A DNA stretch of 64,000 nt, from the NCBI GenBank assembly GCA_045600165.1, contig JAZRXJ010000085.1, positions 40,253 through 104,252 on the forward strand. Direction: 5' to 3'. The translations under genes and the position numbers were made by a program. The DNA is from Clostridia bacterium. GTDB taxonomy: Bacteria; Bacillota; Clostridia; Christensenellales; Aristaeellaceae. Shown one piece after another: positions 1 through 8,922 of the stretch; position 1 is the stretch's first letter, and the number at the start of each line of letters is the position of its first letter. The notes beneath the pieces were generated by a model. The model worked only from the letters and a program-made list of their open reading frames with translations. It had not been told where the DNA came from and did not search any database.

Positions 1-576
1 TTGCTGTTTTCTCTTCCGCTGGGAATGCTGGTGGCGCTGCTTCGCATGAGCAAAAACAAGGTGGTCTCAGGTATTACACGGGCAGTCATATCCGTACTGC
101 GCGGGACCCCGCTGATGCTTCAGCTGCTGGCTGTGACCTATGGTCCGTATTATCTGTTCGGGTTTGGTGTCGCCAGAAATAAGCTGATCCCCGTCGTGGT
201 CGCTTTTGCCATCAACTATGCTGCCTATTTCGCGGAGATCTACCGCGGCGGGATCGGGTCCATGCCCGTAGGTCAGTATGAGGCGGCGGAAGTACTGGGA
301 TACAGCAAGAGCCAGACATTCATGCGCATCATTCTGCCGCAGGTGGTGAAGCGCATCCTGCCCAGCATCACCAATGAAGTTGTGACACTGGTCAAGGATA
401 CTTCCATGGCGTTTACCGTTTCCTATCAGGAAATGTTCACCATCGGCAAGCAGATCGCCAATTCCCAGACGAGTTTCCTGCCCTTTGTGGTCGCGGGTGT
501 TTTCTACTTCGTATTCAACGCGATCGTGGACTTTGTCATGGGACGTGTCGAGAAGAGACTGAACTACTACAAATGA
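1..576 (+). CDS. Polar amino-acid ABC transporter permease (5' end lies outside window)
   Basis: ORF is open at the window edge. Polytopic hydrophobic sequence with the EAA-type loop 'YEAAEVLGYSKSQTFMRIILPQ' typical of HisM/GlnP-type permeases. The cognate ATPase starts 18 nt downstream. Confidence 0.85.
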   Translation: MLFSLPLGMLVALLRMSKNKVVSGITRAVISVLRGTPLMLQLLAVTYGPYYLFGFGVARNKLIPVVVAFAINYAAYFAEIYRGGIGSMPVGQYEAAEVLGYSKSQTFMRIILPQVVKRILPSITNEVVTLVKDTSMAFTVSYQEMFTIGKQIANSQTSFLPFVVAGVFYFVFNAIVDFVMGRVEKRLNYYK

Positions 577-594
577 CGGAAGGAGTGCTGAAAC

Positions 595-1359
595 ATGGCG
601 CCGCTTTTACAGATCAATCACTGCCGGAAGAGCTTCGGCACAACGGAAGTCCTTAAGGATATCAGCATCACGGTCGATGAGGGGCAGGTCGTCTCCATCA
701 TCGGTCCCAGCGGCAGCGGAAAATCCACGCTGCTGCGCTGTGCCACCCTGCTGGAGACCATGGATGGCGGAGACCTGATCTATGACGATCTGTACGCTGC
801 CACGGATGTGGACGGAAAGACGGTATATGCTCCCCAGAAGGATCTGAAGCAGATCCGCAACAAATACGGCCTGGTTTTCCAGAACTTCAATCTGTTCCCG
901 CATTATTCGGTGCTGAAGAACGTGATGGAAGCGCCTATGCTTGTTCAGGGACGGGATAAGGAGGAAGTGGAGGCGGAGGCCCGCAAGCTGCTGGCCCAGA
1001 TGGGACTGAGCGACAAGGCCGACGCGTACCCCTGCCAGCTGTCCGGCGGGCAGCAGCAGCGCGTGTCGATTGCCCGGGCACTGGCGATGAATCCACGGAT
1101 CCTTTTCTTTGATGAACCCACTTCCGCACTGGATCCGGAACTGACCGGCGAGATCCTGAAGGTCATTCGTTCTCTGGCGGAACAGAAGATGACCATGGTC
1201 ATCGTGACACATGAAATGACATTCGCGCGGGATGTGTCCGACTATGTGGTCTTCATGAATGAAGGCTATATCGTGGAACAGGGCGATCCCAGAGACGTGA
1301 TCGATCATCCGACCCAGGAGAGAACGATCCAGTTCCTGAAGAGGCTGCAGGAAAAATGA
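595..1359 (+). CDS. Amino-acid ABC transporter ATP-binding protein (GlnQ-like)
   Basis: Walker A 'GPSGSGKST', ABC signature 'LSGGQQQRVSIARAL', Walker B '[12 protein letters not shown]', H-loop 'VTHEM'. SD GGAGTG lies upstream of the ATG. Confidence 0.95.
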   Translation: MAPLLQINHCRKSFGTTEVLKDISITVDEGQVVSIIGPSGSGKSTLLRCATLLETMDGGDLIYDDLYAATDVDGKTVYAPQKDLKQIRNKYGLVFQNFNLFPHYSVLKNVMEAPMLVQGRDKEEVEAEARKLLAQMGLSDKADAYPCQLSGGQQQRVSIARALAMNPRILFFDEPTSALDPELTGEILKVIRSLAEQKMTMVIVTHEMTFARDVSDYVVFMNEGYIVEQGDPRDVIDHPTQERTIQFLKRLQEK

Positions 1360-2168
1360 ACACTTACCGATATGTGAAAATGGATCCCACCGGCAATATT
1401 ACAGTGCTGGTGACGGATCCGGTTCCGCGGGAGGAACAGCCGGAACTTGCCGGAAGACTCATGGCGGATTCGTCGGTAGGCGGTGAACAGGTGGGCTTCC
1501 TGGAAAAACCGGAAGATCCTGACTGCCGTATCCGCCTTCAGATGATGGGTGGAGAGTTTTGCGGCAATGCCACGATGTCCGCTGCCGCCTGGACGATGAT
1601 GACAGACGGACAGGATGGGGAACGGAATATCCCGATGGAGGTATCCGGAGTTGACGGAACACTGACCTGCCGGATCCGCACCGCGGAGGATGGATGGGAA
1701 GGCACCGTCCGGATGCCTCAGGTTCTGGAGTGTATGCCGACGGATCTTCCGTGGCGGGGAAAGGGCCGGCAGCTGACCGCGGTGCGTATGGAAGGCATCA
1801 CGCATCTGATTCTGAACGGCCGGATCGATCATGATGAGGAAGCCGAAGCCATGCTGAAGGCGTGGGCACACGCTTACCGTGAAGACGCGGTCGGATTGCT
1901 TCAATGGAATGAGGAGCAGCAGCGTATTCGTCCGCTTGTTCTGGTGAAGGAAGCGGGAACACTGGTCTGGGAAAGCGGCTGCGGAAGCGGAAGCGCCGCC
2001 ATCGGCGTATGGAAAGCACTCGAGTCGGGGGAGCCCGTGACAGTGACGGAAGTCCACCAGCCCGGCGGGATGATCCGGACAGAAGTCCGGACAGAAGGAA
2101 AACAGATCCGGGAAATCAGTATTACCGGAAAGGTCCGACTGATCCGGGAAGGATCGGTCACCCTGTAA
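1356..2168 (+). CDS. DapF-fold (diaminopimelate-epimerase-like) PLP-independent epimerase/racemase, substrate unknown
   Basis: The ATG overlaps the ATPase stop (ATGA at 1356-1359). The N-terminal 'KMDPTGNITVLV' and two Cys motifs 'GGEFCGNAT' and 'ESGCGSGSAA' resemble the paired catalytic cysteines of DapF-family enzymes. The sequence is divergent. Confidence 0.6.
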   Translation: MNTYRYVKMDPTGNITVLVTDPVPREEQPELAGRLMADSSVGGEQVGFLEKPEDPDCRIRLQMMGGEFCGNATMSAAAWTMMTDGQDGERNIPMEVSGVDGTLTCRIRTAEDGWEGTVRMPQVLECMPTDLPWRGKGRQLTAVRMEGITHLILNGRIDHDEEAEAMLKAWAHAYREDAVGLLQWNEEQQRIRPLVLVKEAGTLVWESGCGSGSAAIGVWKALESGEPVTVTEVHQPGGMIRTEVRTEGKQIREISITGKVRLIREGSVTL

Positions 2169-2197
2169 ACACGTTCGGAAGACCGGACGTGTTTTTG
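2168..2197 (+). terminator. Rho-independent terminator after the epimerase gene
   Basis: Stem AACACGTTCGG / CCGGACGTGTT (one G-T pair), loop AAGA, followed by TTTTTG. Confidence 0.6.
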
Positions 2198-2290
2198 TAT
2201 TGATCAGGCACTCTCAAAGAGTTGATAGACGATGATCTTTGTTGTATAATTCAAGTAAATCACTGAACTTAATATGAAAGGGGAATATCA

Positions 2291-2707
2291 ATGTTGATCA
2301 GTAATTGTCTGGCTGAAACCGCCGAAGCTGTTCAGGAAGCTGTTGAAACCGCCGCTCCCGCGACTGAAGGATCCGTAACGCATTCTTTTCCGCTCGTGGA
2401 GATCGTACTGATCGGTATCGGGCTGTATGAACTGGTGACCGGCCTTATGACTGTTTTCAGCGGAAAACTCTACAGTCATGCCAAGGAATACGAGCAATAC
2501 ACACCGGAATCCCTCCAGGCGAATGCCAAATTGATCGGCCTGTCCAACTCGATCCTGGGTCTGATCATGATCATGGTGGAAGTCGGATTCATTCTGAAAC
2601 TGATTCCACTGATCCCCACGATCGTGATATGCGCATTGCTGCTGGCCGCGTTTATCGTACTTGCCGTGATATATACCAAACGACTTGTTAAAAAAACAGC
2701 ACAATGA
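2291..2707 (+). CDS. Small membrane protein, unknown function
   Basis: SD AGGGGA 6 nt before the ATG. 138 aa with an acidic N-terminus and three hydrophobic segments. A terminator follows. No recognisable family motif. Confidence 0.5.
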   Translation: MLISNCLAETAEAVQEAVETAAPATEGSVTHSFPLVEIVLIGIGLYELVTGLMTVFSGKLYSHAKEYEQYTPESLQANAKLIGLSNSILGLIMIMVEVGFILKLIPLIPTIVICALLLAAFIVLAVIYTKRLVKKTAQ

Positions 2708-2724
2708 ATGCTTTGAAACCATTT

Positions 2725-2767
2725 CCTCTCTGCCTGGAATTCCGGACAGAGAGTTTTATATTTTTTA
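2725..2767 (+). terminator. Rho-independent terminator
   Basis: Stem CTCTCTG...CAGAGAG enclosing the CCTGGAATTCCGG palindrome, followed by TTTTATATTTTTT. Confidence 0.6.
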
Positions 2768-2846
2768 AAGGATGCGGCCAATTCACAGAGAATAATGAGA
2801 AGAGGGAAGTCATTTCCCTGAAGATAACGAAAACAGGTTGCTGAGC

Positions 2847-5351
2847 ATGAGACAATTTACGATCACAGGAATGTCCTGCGCGGCATGTCAGGCACGGGTG
2901 GAGAAAGCCGTATCGTCGGTACCCGGAGTCGAAACATGCGCCGTCAGCCTTCTCACCGGCAGTATGGGGGTGGAAGGAAACGCCGCCGATGACGCCATTG
3001 TGAAAGCGGTGACTGACGCGGGATACGGAGCCTTCCCGAGGACAGCAGGATTACAGGCTGCGGATGGCGTTGACCCGCTGGAGGACCGGGAAACACCGGT
3101 CCTGAAGAAACGGCTGCTGGTCAGTCTGCTGATCCTGCTGCCGCTGATGTATATCTCCATGGGTCACGGTATGTGGAACTGGCCGCTTCCGGCCTTTATG
3201 ACAGGCAATCCCCTGATGACGGGCCTGGTTGAACTGATCCTGTCGGCGGCGATCCTGTTCATTAATCGCAAGTTCTTTATTTCCGGTTTCAGAGGATTGC
3301 TTCACGGAGCACCCAATATGGATACTCTGGTGGCTCTGGGATCTTCCGCTTCCTTCCTGAGAAGCGGTTGGGTCCTGATCGAAGGAAAAACGGAGGGTCT
3401 GTATTTTGACTCCGCGGCGATGATCCTTGTCCTGATCACTGTGGGAAAACTGCTGGAAGCAAGATCAAAGGGCAAAACGACAGACGCCCTGAAATCCCTG
3501 ATGCGCCTGGCACCGGAAACGGCAACGGTGGTGCGGGACGGAACGGAAAAGGTCATTCCGGCCGGTGAGATCCGGATAGAGGATATCTTCATTGTCCGGC
3601 CGGGGGAGAGCATTCCGGCGGACGGGACCGTTCTGGAAGGCAATACGGCAGTCAATGAATCAGCCCTGACCGGCGAAAGCATGCCGGTGGACAAAGCTCC
3701 GGGTGAACGGATCTCGGCGGCAACGGTGAACCTGACCGGATTGATCCGGTGCCAGGCAAACCGGGTCGGAGAAGATACCTCGCTGGCGCAGATCATCCGT
3801 CTCGTAAGCGAGACGGCGGCGACCAAGGCGCCTATCGCAAAGACGGCTGACCGTGTGGCAGGAATTTTCGTGCCTGTGGTGACGGGCATCGCGGTCCTGA
3901 CACTGCTGATCTGGCTGCTGATCGGAAAGGGTTTCGATTATGCCCTGACCAGAGCGGTCTCTGTGCTGGTGATCAGCTGCCCATGCGCGCTTGGACTGGC
4001 AACGCCGGTGGCAATCATGGTGGGCAACGGTGTCGGCGCGAGACACGGAACACTGTTCAAGACGGCAGAAGCCATGGAGAATACAGGGAAGACCCGGATC
4101 GTTGTGCTGGACAAGACCGGGACCGTCACCCGTGGAGAACCCGAAGTGACGGGTATTTATCCGGCAGACGGCATTACAGAGGAAGAACTGCTGCAGGCAG
4201 CCTGCAGTCTGGAAAAATACAGCGAGCACCCTCTGGCACGGGCGGTGATCCGGGAAGGTGAGAAGCGAAATATCGCTTTATCCGTGGTTTCGTCCATGAA
4301 AGCGGTACCTGGAAACGGGCTGACCGGATTTATGGACGGATCGGAATACTGCGCCGGTTCGCTGAAATTCCTGAAATCCCGGATGCCTGTGGATGAGACA
4401 GTGGTACTGAAGGCGGAAAAGCTGGCGGATCAGGGAATGACACCGCTGCTTTTCAGCCGGGGACAGGAATGCCTCGGGATCGTTGCCGTGGCGGATACGG
4501 TGAAGGAAGAAAGCCCGCAGGCAGTGGATGAACTGAAGAAAATGGGGATCCGGGTGGTGCTGCTGACCGGAGACGGGATCCGGACTGCCGGAAATGTCGC
4601 GAAACAGACCGGTATCGACCATGTGATTGCCGGGGTCCTGCCGAATGAAAAAGAACTGGTCGTCCGGAGACTGACGGAAGCAGGACGGACAGCCATGGTG
4701 GGCGACGGGATCAACGACGCGCCTGCCATGACCACGGCGGATGTCGGGATCGCGGTGGGCGCGGGAACGGACGTGGCCATCGACGCGGCGGATGTTGTGC
4801 TGATGAACAGCCGGCTGACGGATGTTCCCGCGGCGATCCGGCTTTCACGGGCAACGCTTGCAAATATACGTGAGAACCTGTTCTGGGCATTCTTTTACAA
4901 CGCGCTCTGTATTCCGCTCGCGGCGGGATGCTATGCCGGGATCCTGAGCTGGGAGCTCAGTCCCATGATCGGAGCGGCGACCATGAGTATCTCCAGTTTC
5001 TGCGTTGTGTCCAACGCGCTGAGACTGAACCTTTTCAAACCTGAATCGGATAAACCTGTTCGCGGAAGATCCAAACCGGTTGACGAGGAGACACTGAACA
5101 CGCTCCTTGAAGAAATACAAAAGACATTGGAGGAAAAGAATATGACGAAGACCATGAAAATTGAAGGCATGATGTGCGTGCATTGCGAAGCCCGGGTCAA
5201 AAAGACCCTGGAAGCCATTGAAGGTGTCGCGTCCGCCGAAGTCAGCCATACCGCGGGGACCGCGGTCGTGACCCTGACGAAGGATGTGGCGGATTCCGTC
5301 CTGAAGACCGCGGTGGAAGCACAGGATTATACGGTTACCGGAATCGAATAA
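2847..5351 (+). CDS. copA: Copper-translocating P1B-type ATPase with N- and C-terminal heavy-metal-binding domains
   Basis: N-terminal HMA 'GMSCAACQARVEKAV', TM metal site 'SCPCALGLATP', phosphorylation site 'DKTGTVT', hinge 'VGDGINDAPA', and a second HMA at the C-terminus 'GMMCVHCEARVKKTL'. The track ORF starts at TTG 2838; ATG 2847 (MRQFTITG) is preferred. Confidence 0.95.
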   Translation: MRQFTITGMSCAACQARVEKAVSSVPGVETCAVSLLTGSMGVEGNAADDAIVKAVTDAGYGAFPRTAGLQAADGVDPLEDRETPVLKKRLLVSLLILLPLMYISMGHGMWNWPLPAFMTGNPLMTGLVELILSAAILFINRKFFISGFRGLLHGAPNMDTLVALGSSASFLRSGWVLIEGKTEGLYFDSAAMILVLITVGKLLEARSKGKTTDALKSLMRLAPETATVVRDGTEKVIPAGEIRIEDIFIVRPGESIPADGTVLEGNTAVNESALTGESMPVDKAPGERISAATVNLTGLIRCQANRVGEDTSLAQIIRLVSETAATKAPIAKTADRVAGIFVPVVTGIAVLTLLIWLLIGKGFDYALTRAVSVLVISCPCALGLATPVAIMVGNGVGARHGTLFKTAEAMENTGKTRIVVLDKTGTVTRGEPEVTGIYPADGITEEELLQAACSLEKYSEHPLARAVIREGEKRNIALSVVSSMKAVPGNGLTGFMDGSEYCAGSLKFLKSRMPVDETVVLKAEKLADQGMTPLLFSRGQECLGIVAVADTVKEESPQAVDELKKMGIRVVLLTGDGIRTAGNVAKQTGIDHVIAGVLPNEKELVVRRLTEAGRTAMVGDGINDAPAMTTADVGIAVGAGTDVAIDAADVVLMNSRLTDVPAAIRLSRATLANIRENLFWAFFYNALCIPLAAGCYAGILSWELSPMIGAATMSISSFCVVSNALRLNLFKPESDKPVRGRSKPVDEETLNTLLEEIQKTLEEKNMTKTMKIEGMMCVHCEARVKKTLEAIEGVASAEVSHTAGTAVVTLTKDVADSVLKTAVEAQDYTVTGIE

Positions 5352-5370
5352 ATCCGGATCAGACAGACAG

Positions 5371-5397
5371 GAGGCGGGAAAATCCCGTCTCTTTTTT
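5371..5397 (+). terminator. Rho-independent terminator after copA
   Basis: 9-bp stem GAGGCGGGA / TCCCGTCTC (one G-T pair), loop AAA, then TTTTTT. Confidence 0.8.
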
Positions 5398-5435
5398 GTC
5401 CAAATGGGATAAACATCAAAAAAACCGTGAAAAAG

Positions 5436-5464
5436 TTGATAATCAACGGGAAGGATAATATAAT
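5436..5464 (+). promoter_or_regulatory. Sigma-70-type promoter for asd
   Basis: TTGATA (5436-5441), exact 17-bp spacer, TATAAT (5459-5464), about 35 nt upstream of the asd start. Confidence 0.6.
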
Positions 5465-5497
5465 GCCTTATACCCAAAATAAAGAAGAAAGCGGGTA

Positions 5498-6505
5498 ATG
5501 ATCATGGGCTATAAGATTGGTATCCTGGGCGCGACCGGTGCAGTCGGCCGTGAAATGATGAAATGTATCGAAGAATACAAGCTTCCCATTGATGAACTGC
5601 GTCCCTTTGCTTCCGCCAGAAGCGTGGGCAAGAAACTGCCTTTCAACGGCGGTGAAGTGACCGTCAGTGAAGCTACTGCAGACAGCTTCAAGGGTCTGGA
5701 CTTTGTTCTGGGTGCTGTGGGCGGCGGTATGGCCCGTGAATATGCTCCCATGATCGTGAATGCCGGCGCTGTTTTTATTGATAACAGTTCCTCTTTCAGA
5801 ATGGATCCCGATGTCCCGCTGGTTGTTCCCGAAATCAACGGTGAAGACGCCTTCAAAAACAAGGGCATCATCTCCAATCCCAACTGCTCCACGATCATCA
5901 CCCTGATGGCTGTTGCCGGTATTACGAGACTGTCTCCCATCAAGACCATGGTTGCCTGCACTTATCAGGCCGCTTCCGGAGCGGGTCAGAAGGGCATCGA
6001 CGATCTGGAACAGCAGGAAAAGGCACTGATGGAAGGCAAGGAAATCGTTCCCACCAAGTTCCCGACCCAGCTGGTCCGCAATGTGATCCCCTTCATCGGC
6101 GCTTATAAGGATAACGGCTATACCGATGAAGAAATGAAGATGCAGAATGAAGGCAGAAAGATCTTCCATATGCCTGAAATGAAGGTCACCTGCACCTGCG
6201 TCCGTGTTCCCGTGATGAGAAGCCACTCCATTTCCGTGACACTGGTCACTGAAAAGCATCTTGAACTGAACGAAGTTGCTGACGCGATCCGCGAGTTCCC
6301 CGGTGTTCAGCTGGTGGAAGCCGGTACCCAGCCCCGTGATTATCCCACTCCCATTGAAACATCCAATCAGGATGATGTCTTTGTCGGACGGATCCGTCGC
6401 GATCTGACCAATGATGACGGTATCACTCTGTGGTGCTGCGGCGACCAGATCCGGAAGGGCGCTGCCGCCAACGCGGTGCAGATCATGCGCCTCCTGATGA
6501 AATAA
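5498..6505 (+). CDS. asd: Aspartate-semialdehyde dehydrogenase
   Basis: N-terminal Rossmann 'IGILGATGAVGREM', active-site region 'SNPNCSTI', 'YQAASGAG', and a length of about 335 aa typical of Gram-positive Asd. The start could be ATG 5504 instead. Confidence 0.95.
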   Translation: MIMGYKIGILGATGAVGREMMKCIEEYKLPIDELRPFASARSVGKKLPFNGGEVTVSEATADSFKGLDFVLGAVGGGMAREYAPMIVNAGAVFIDNSSSFRMDPDVPLVVPEINGEDAFKNKGIISNPNCSTIITLMAVAGITRLSPIKTMVACTYQAASGAGQKGIDDLEQQEKALMEGKEIVPTKFPTQLVRNVIPFIGAYKDNGYTDEEMKMQNEGRKIFHMPEMKVTCTCVRVPVMRSHSISVTLVTEKHLELNEVADAIREFPGVQLVEAGTQPRDYPTPIETSNQDDVFVGRIRRDLTNDDGITLWCCGDQIRKGAAANAVQIMRLLMK

Positions 6506-6510
6506 TCCGA

Positions 6511-6556
6511 AAACAAATAACGCGGTGTGACCGGACGGGTCACACCGCTATTTTTA
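6511..6556. terminator. Bidirectional terminator between asd and the rubrerythrin-fusion gene
   Basis: Perfect 11-bp stem GCGGTGTGACC / GGTCACACCGC (6522-6548), 5-nt loop, A-run upstream and TTTTT downstream. It lies between convergent genes. Confidence 0.85.
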
Positions 6557-6567
6557 TTAGCCGGAAA

Positions 6568-7800
6568 TCAACCGAAATATCTCTTCAGCAGGCCTTCGAA
6601 AGCTTTTCCATGCCGAGCTTCATCGCGGGCCATTTCATGCACGGTGTCATGGATGGCATCGAGGTTGTACTGCTTGGCGAGCTTGGCCAGAGCGGTCTTG
6701 CCGGCGGTGGCGCCGTTCTCGGCTTCCACGCGGACAGCCAGATTTTCCTTGGTGCTGGGAGAAACCACTTCGCCCAGCAGTTCGGCGAACTTGGCAGCAT
6801 GTTCGGCTTCTTCGAAAGCGGCGGTCTTCCAGTATTCGGCGATTTCCGGATAGCCTTCACGGGCAGCGGCGCGGCCCATGGCCAGATACATGCCGACTTC
6901 GGTGCATTCGCCTTCAAAATTGGCTTTCAGACCGGAAATGATTTCAGCCTTGACTTCTTCAGGAATGTCCGCGGGGAACTGCTTGCCGACACCGATCACA
7001 TGCTCGGCAGCCCAGGTCTTGTCTTCACCCTGAACGATGAACTTATCGCCGGGAACGTGGCATACGGGGCATTCGGCGGGGGGATTGTCACCCTCGTAAA
7101 CATAACCGCAGACAGGACATACGTACTTCATTTTCTTTTCCTCCTTGACAGATGCTTTTGTTTCGGGTTGACCAATATTCATAGCCGCATTTTGTTCGGC
7201 ATGAACGATTTTTTCAAAATCCGATGCCGGATGCTTGCAGACGGGACAGATGAAATCCGGCGGGAGTTCATCGCCTTCCCATTCATAGCCGCAAACCGTG
7301 CAGCGCCAGATCGTTTTTCCGTTTTCGACCCGCTTCTGAGGCCGGGGCTTGATGTTTTCCTGATAGTAACCATAGGTCACGGAGGGAAAATCCGAAAGAA
7401 TCTTTCCGTCTGTGACAGTTCCTAAAAACAGAGTGTGGCTTCCGAGGTCGATCCGCTGGCGGACCAGCGCGGAAATATACGCGTTGGTGCCTTTGGTGAC
7501 AGCCAGGGTACCTGCATCGGTACGCTCCACTTCATTCAAACCGGCGAACTTGTCGACCGTGTGGCCTGACTGGAAACCAAACCGTTTGAACAACTCAAAA
7601 TCAGCGTCCTGGCTGATCACGGAAACGGTGAACGCATCAGCGGACATCAGTAACTCATGGGTAAAGTTGGCCTTGCTGACGGCCACGGAAATGGTGTTGG
7701 GTTCGGATGCCGCCTGAACGGCGGTATTGATGATGCATCCGTTGTCCTTACCGTTCAGGTTTGTACTCAGGACAAACAGACCATACGTTAATTTGAACAT
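6568..7800 (-). CDS. Four-domain fusion: flavin reductase-like domain + two rubredoxin-like FeS4 knuckles + rubrerythrin diiron domain
   Basis: The N-terminal approx. 160 aa '[20 protein letters not shown]' is flavin-reductase-like. '[22 protein letters not shown]' and '[20 protein letters not shown]' are Cx2C-x12-14-Cx2C sites. The C-terminal four-helix domain has ExxH pairs 'EEAEH' and 'DEARH'. Confidence 0.85.
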   Translation of the reverse strand: MFKLTYGLFVLSTNLNGKDNGCIINTAVQAASEPNTISVAVSKANFTHELLMSADAFTVSVISQDADFELFKRFGFQSGHTVDKFAGLNEVERTDAGTLAVTKGTNAYISALVRQRIDLGSHTLFLGTVTDGKILSDFPSVTYGYYQENIKPRPQKRVENGKTIWRCTVCGYEWEGDELPPDFICPVCKHPASDFEKIVHAEQNAAMNIGQPETKASVKEEKKMKYVCPVCGYVYEGDNPPAECPVCHVPGDKFIVQGEDKTWAAEHVIGVGKQFPADIPEEVKAEIISGLKANFEGECTEVGMYLAMGRAAAREGYPEIAEYWKTAAFEEAEHAAKFAELLGEVVSPSTKENLAVRVEAENGATAGKTALAKLAKQYNLDAIHDTVHEMARDEARHGKAFEGLLKRYFG

Positions 7801-7827
7801 GACTTTCGGATCCGTAATGATTCCTCC

Positions 7828-8211
7828 TTATTTGCTGGATCCGCGGCAGTCCGGACACAGCCCCGTGAACTGGGACGCCTGGACTTCAAACCCGGTGGTT
7901 GAACCGGTAAGTGCCATCAACTGACTCATTTCTTCTGTCAGCGGGATGTCCACGATCCTGCCGCAGCATTTGCACATCACATGCGCGTGCGGTTCGATAT
8001 TTCCATCAAAGTGTTCCTGTCCGGCGATGACACCCATGGACCGGATCAGCCCGTCTTCCTTCAGCTGAAAAAGGTTCCGGTATACAGTCGCGAGGTTCAG
8101 ATTGGGCCAGGAAGGACGAAGCTGTTCAAGGATCCAGTCCGCGGTGGGATGGATGGTCGTTGAACGCAGGCACTCCAGAATTGCCTGCCGATTTGGGCTG
8201 AATCTCTTCAT
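7828..8211 (-). CDS. Fur-family metalloregulator (PerR-like by context)
   Basis: 127 aa. N-terminal winged helix 'RQAILECLRSTTIHPTADWILEQL'. Structural Zn cysteines 'CKCC' and 'CPDC'. SD GAAGGAG. The stop is 27 nt upstream of the rubrerythrin-fusion ATG, so the two form an operon. Confidence 0.85.
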   Translation of the reverse strand: MKRFSPNRQAILECLRSTTIHPTADWILEQLRPSWPNLNLATVYRNLFQLKEDGLIRSMGVIAGQEHFDGNIEPHAHVMCKCCGRIVDIPLTEEMSQLMALTGSTTGFEVQASQFTGLCPDCRGSSK

Positions 8212-8235
8212 GAAGGCCTGCTCCTTCCATATAAA

Positions 8236-8250
8236 TGATAATGATTATCA
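8236..8250 (-). promoter_or_regulatory. Perfect 7-1-7 Fur-type box in the regulator's own promoter
   Basis: TGATAATGATTATCA is a perfect inverted repeat, TGATAAT-n-ATTATCA. It lies 25-39 nt upstream of the Fur-family start codon and next to a TGnTATAAA extended -10 on the minus strand. Confidence 0.7.
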
Positions 8251-8310
8251 ATTGCATTTATATCATACATCAGAAAACGATCCATGTAAAGTCCTTTTAT
8301 GCATCCCGTT

Positions 8311-8922
8311 TCAGTGATCATCCGGGTTTACTTTTTCCGGATGAGTCTGCTTCAGCCATTCGGACAGCTGTGCCGCGGCTTTGGCCCGGTGAGAGAACGT
8401 TTCCTTGAATGAAAGCGGATAATCGGCTGTGGTACGACCGTCCGAGTCTTCAGAGATGAAGATCAGATCATAGCCGAAACCGTTGGTACCGGACTCATGA
8501 TCCGCGATCTTTCCGTTCCAGACCCCTTTGAACGTGTGAATTTCCCCGGATCCGTCCATCAGACAGATACAGGTGACCAGTCTGGCGGAACGATCGGAAA
8601 CATTTTTCAGACCGTCCAGAATAGCCAGTCTTCTGTCATGCTCCGTGGTCAGTCCTTTGTAACGCGCGGAATAGATCCCCGGTTCATTATTCAGCGCAGC
8701 GACTTCCAGACCGCTGTCATCCGACAGGACCCAGGTATGTGTCAGTTCCCAGACAGCCTGTGCCTTCAGAACCGCGTTTTCTTCAAAAGTGGTGCCTGTT
8801 TCTTCCACGTCAAGATCGATCCCTGCTTCGCGCTGGGAAAAGACCTGATAGCCGAAAGGCTCCAGAATGTCACGGTATTCTCTGATTTTTCCGGAATTGT
8901 TACTGGCAATGATCAACTTCAT
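8311..8922 (-). CDS. rdgB: Non-canonical purine NTP pyrophosphatase (RdgB/HAM1 family)
   Basis: 'MKLIIASNNSGKIREY', 'ETGTTFEENA', 'SDDSGLEV', 'GFGYDLIF' and 'SHRAKA' are the hallmark blocks of XTP/dITP diphosphatases. Confidence 0.9.
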   Translation of the reverse strand: MKLIIASNNSGKIREYRDILEPFGYQVFSQREAGIDLDVEETGTTFEENAVLKAQAVWELTHTWVLSDDSGLEVAALNNEPGIYSARYKGLTTEHDRRLAILDGLKNVSDRSARLVTCICLMDGSGEIHTFKGVWNGKIADHESGTNGFGYDLIFISEDSDGRTTADYPLSFKETFSHRAKAAAQLSEWLKQTHPEKVNPDDH

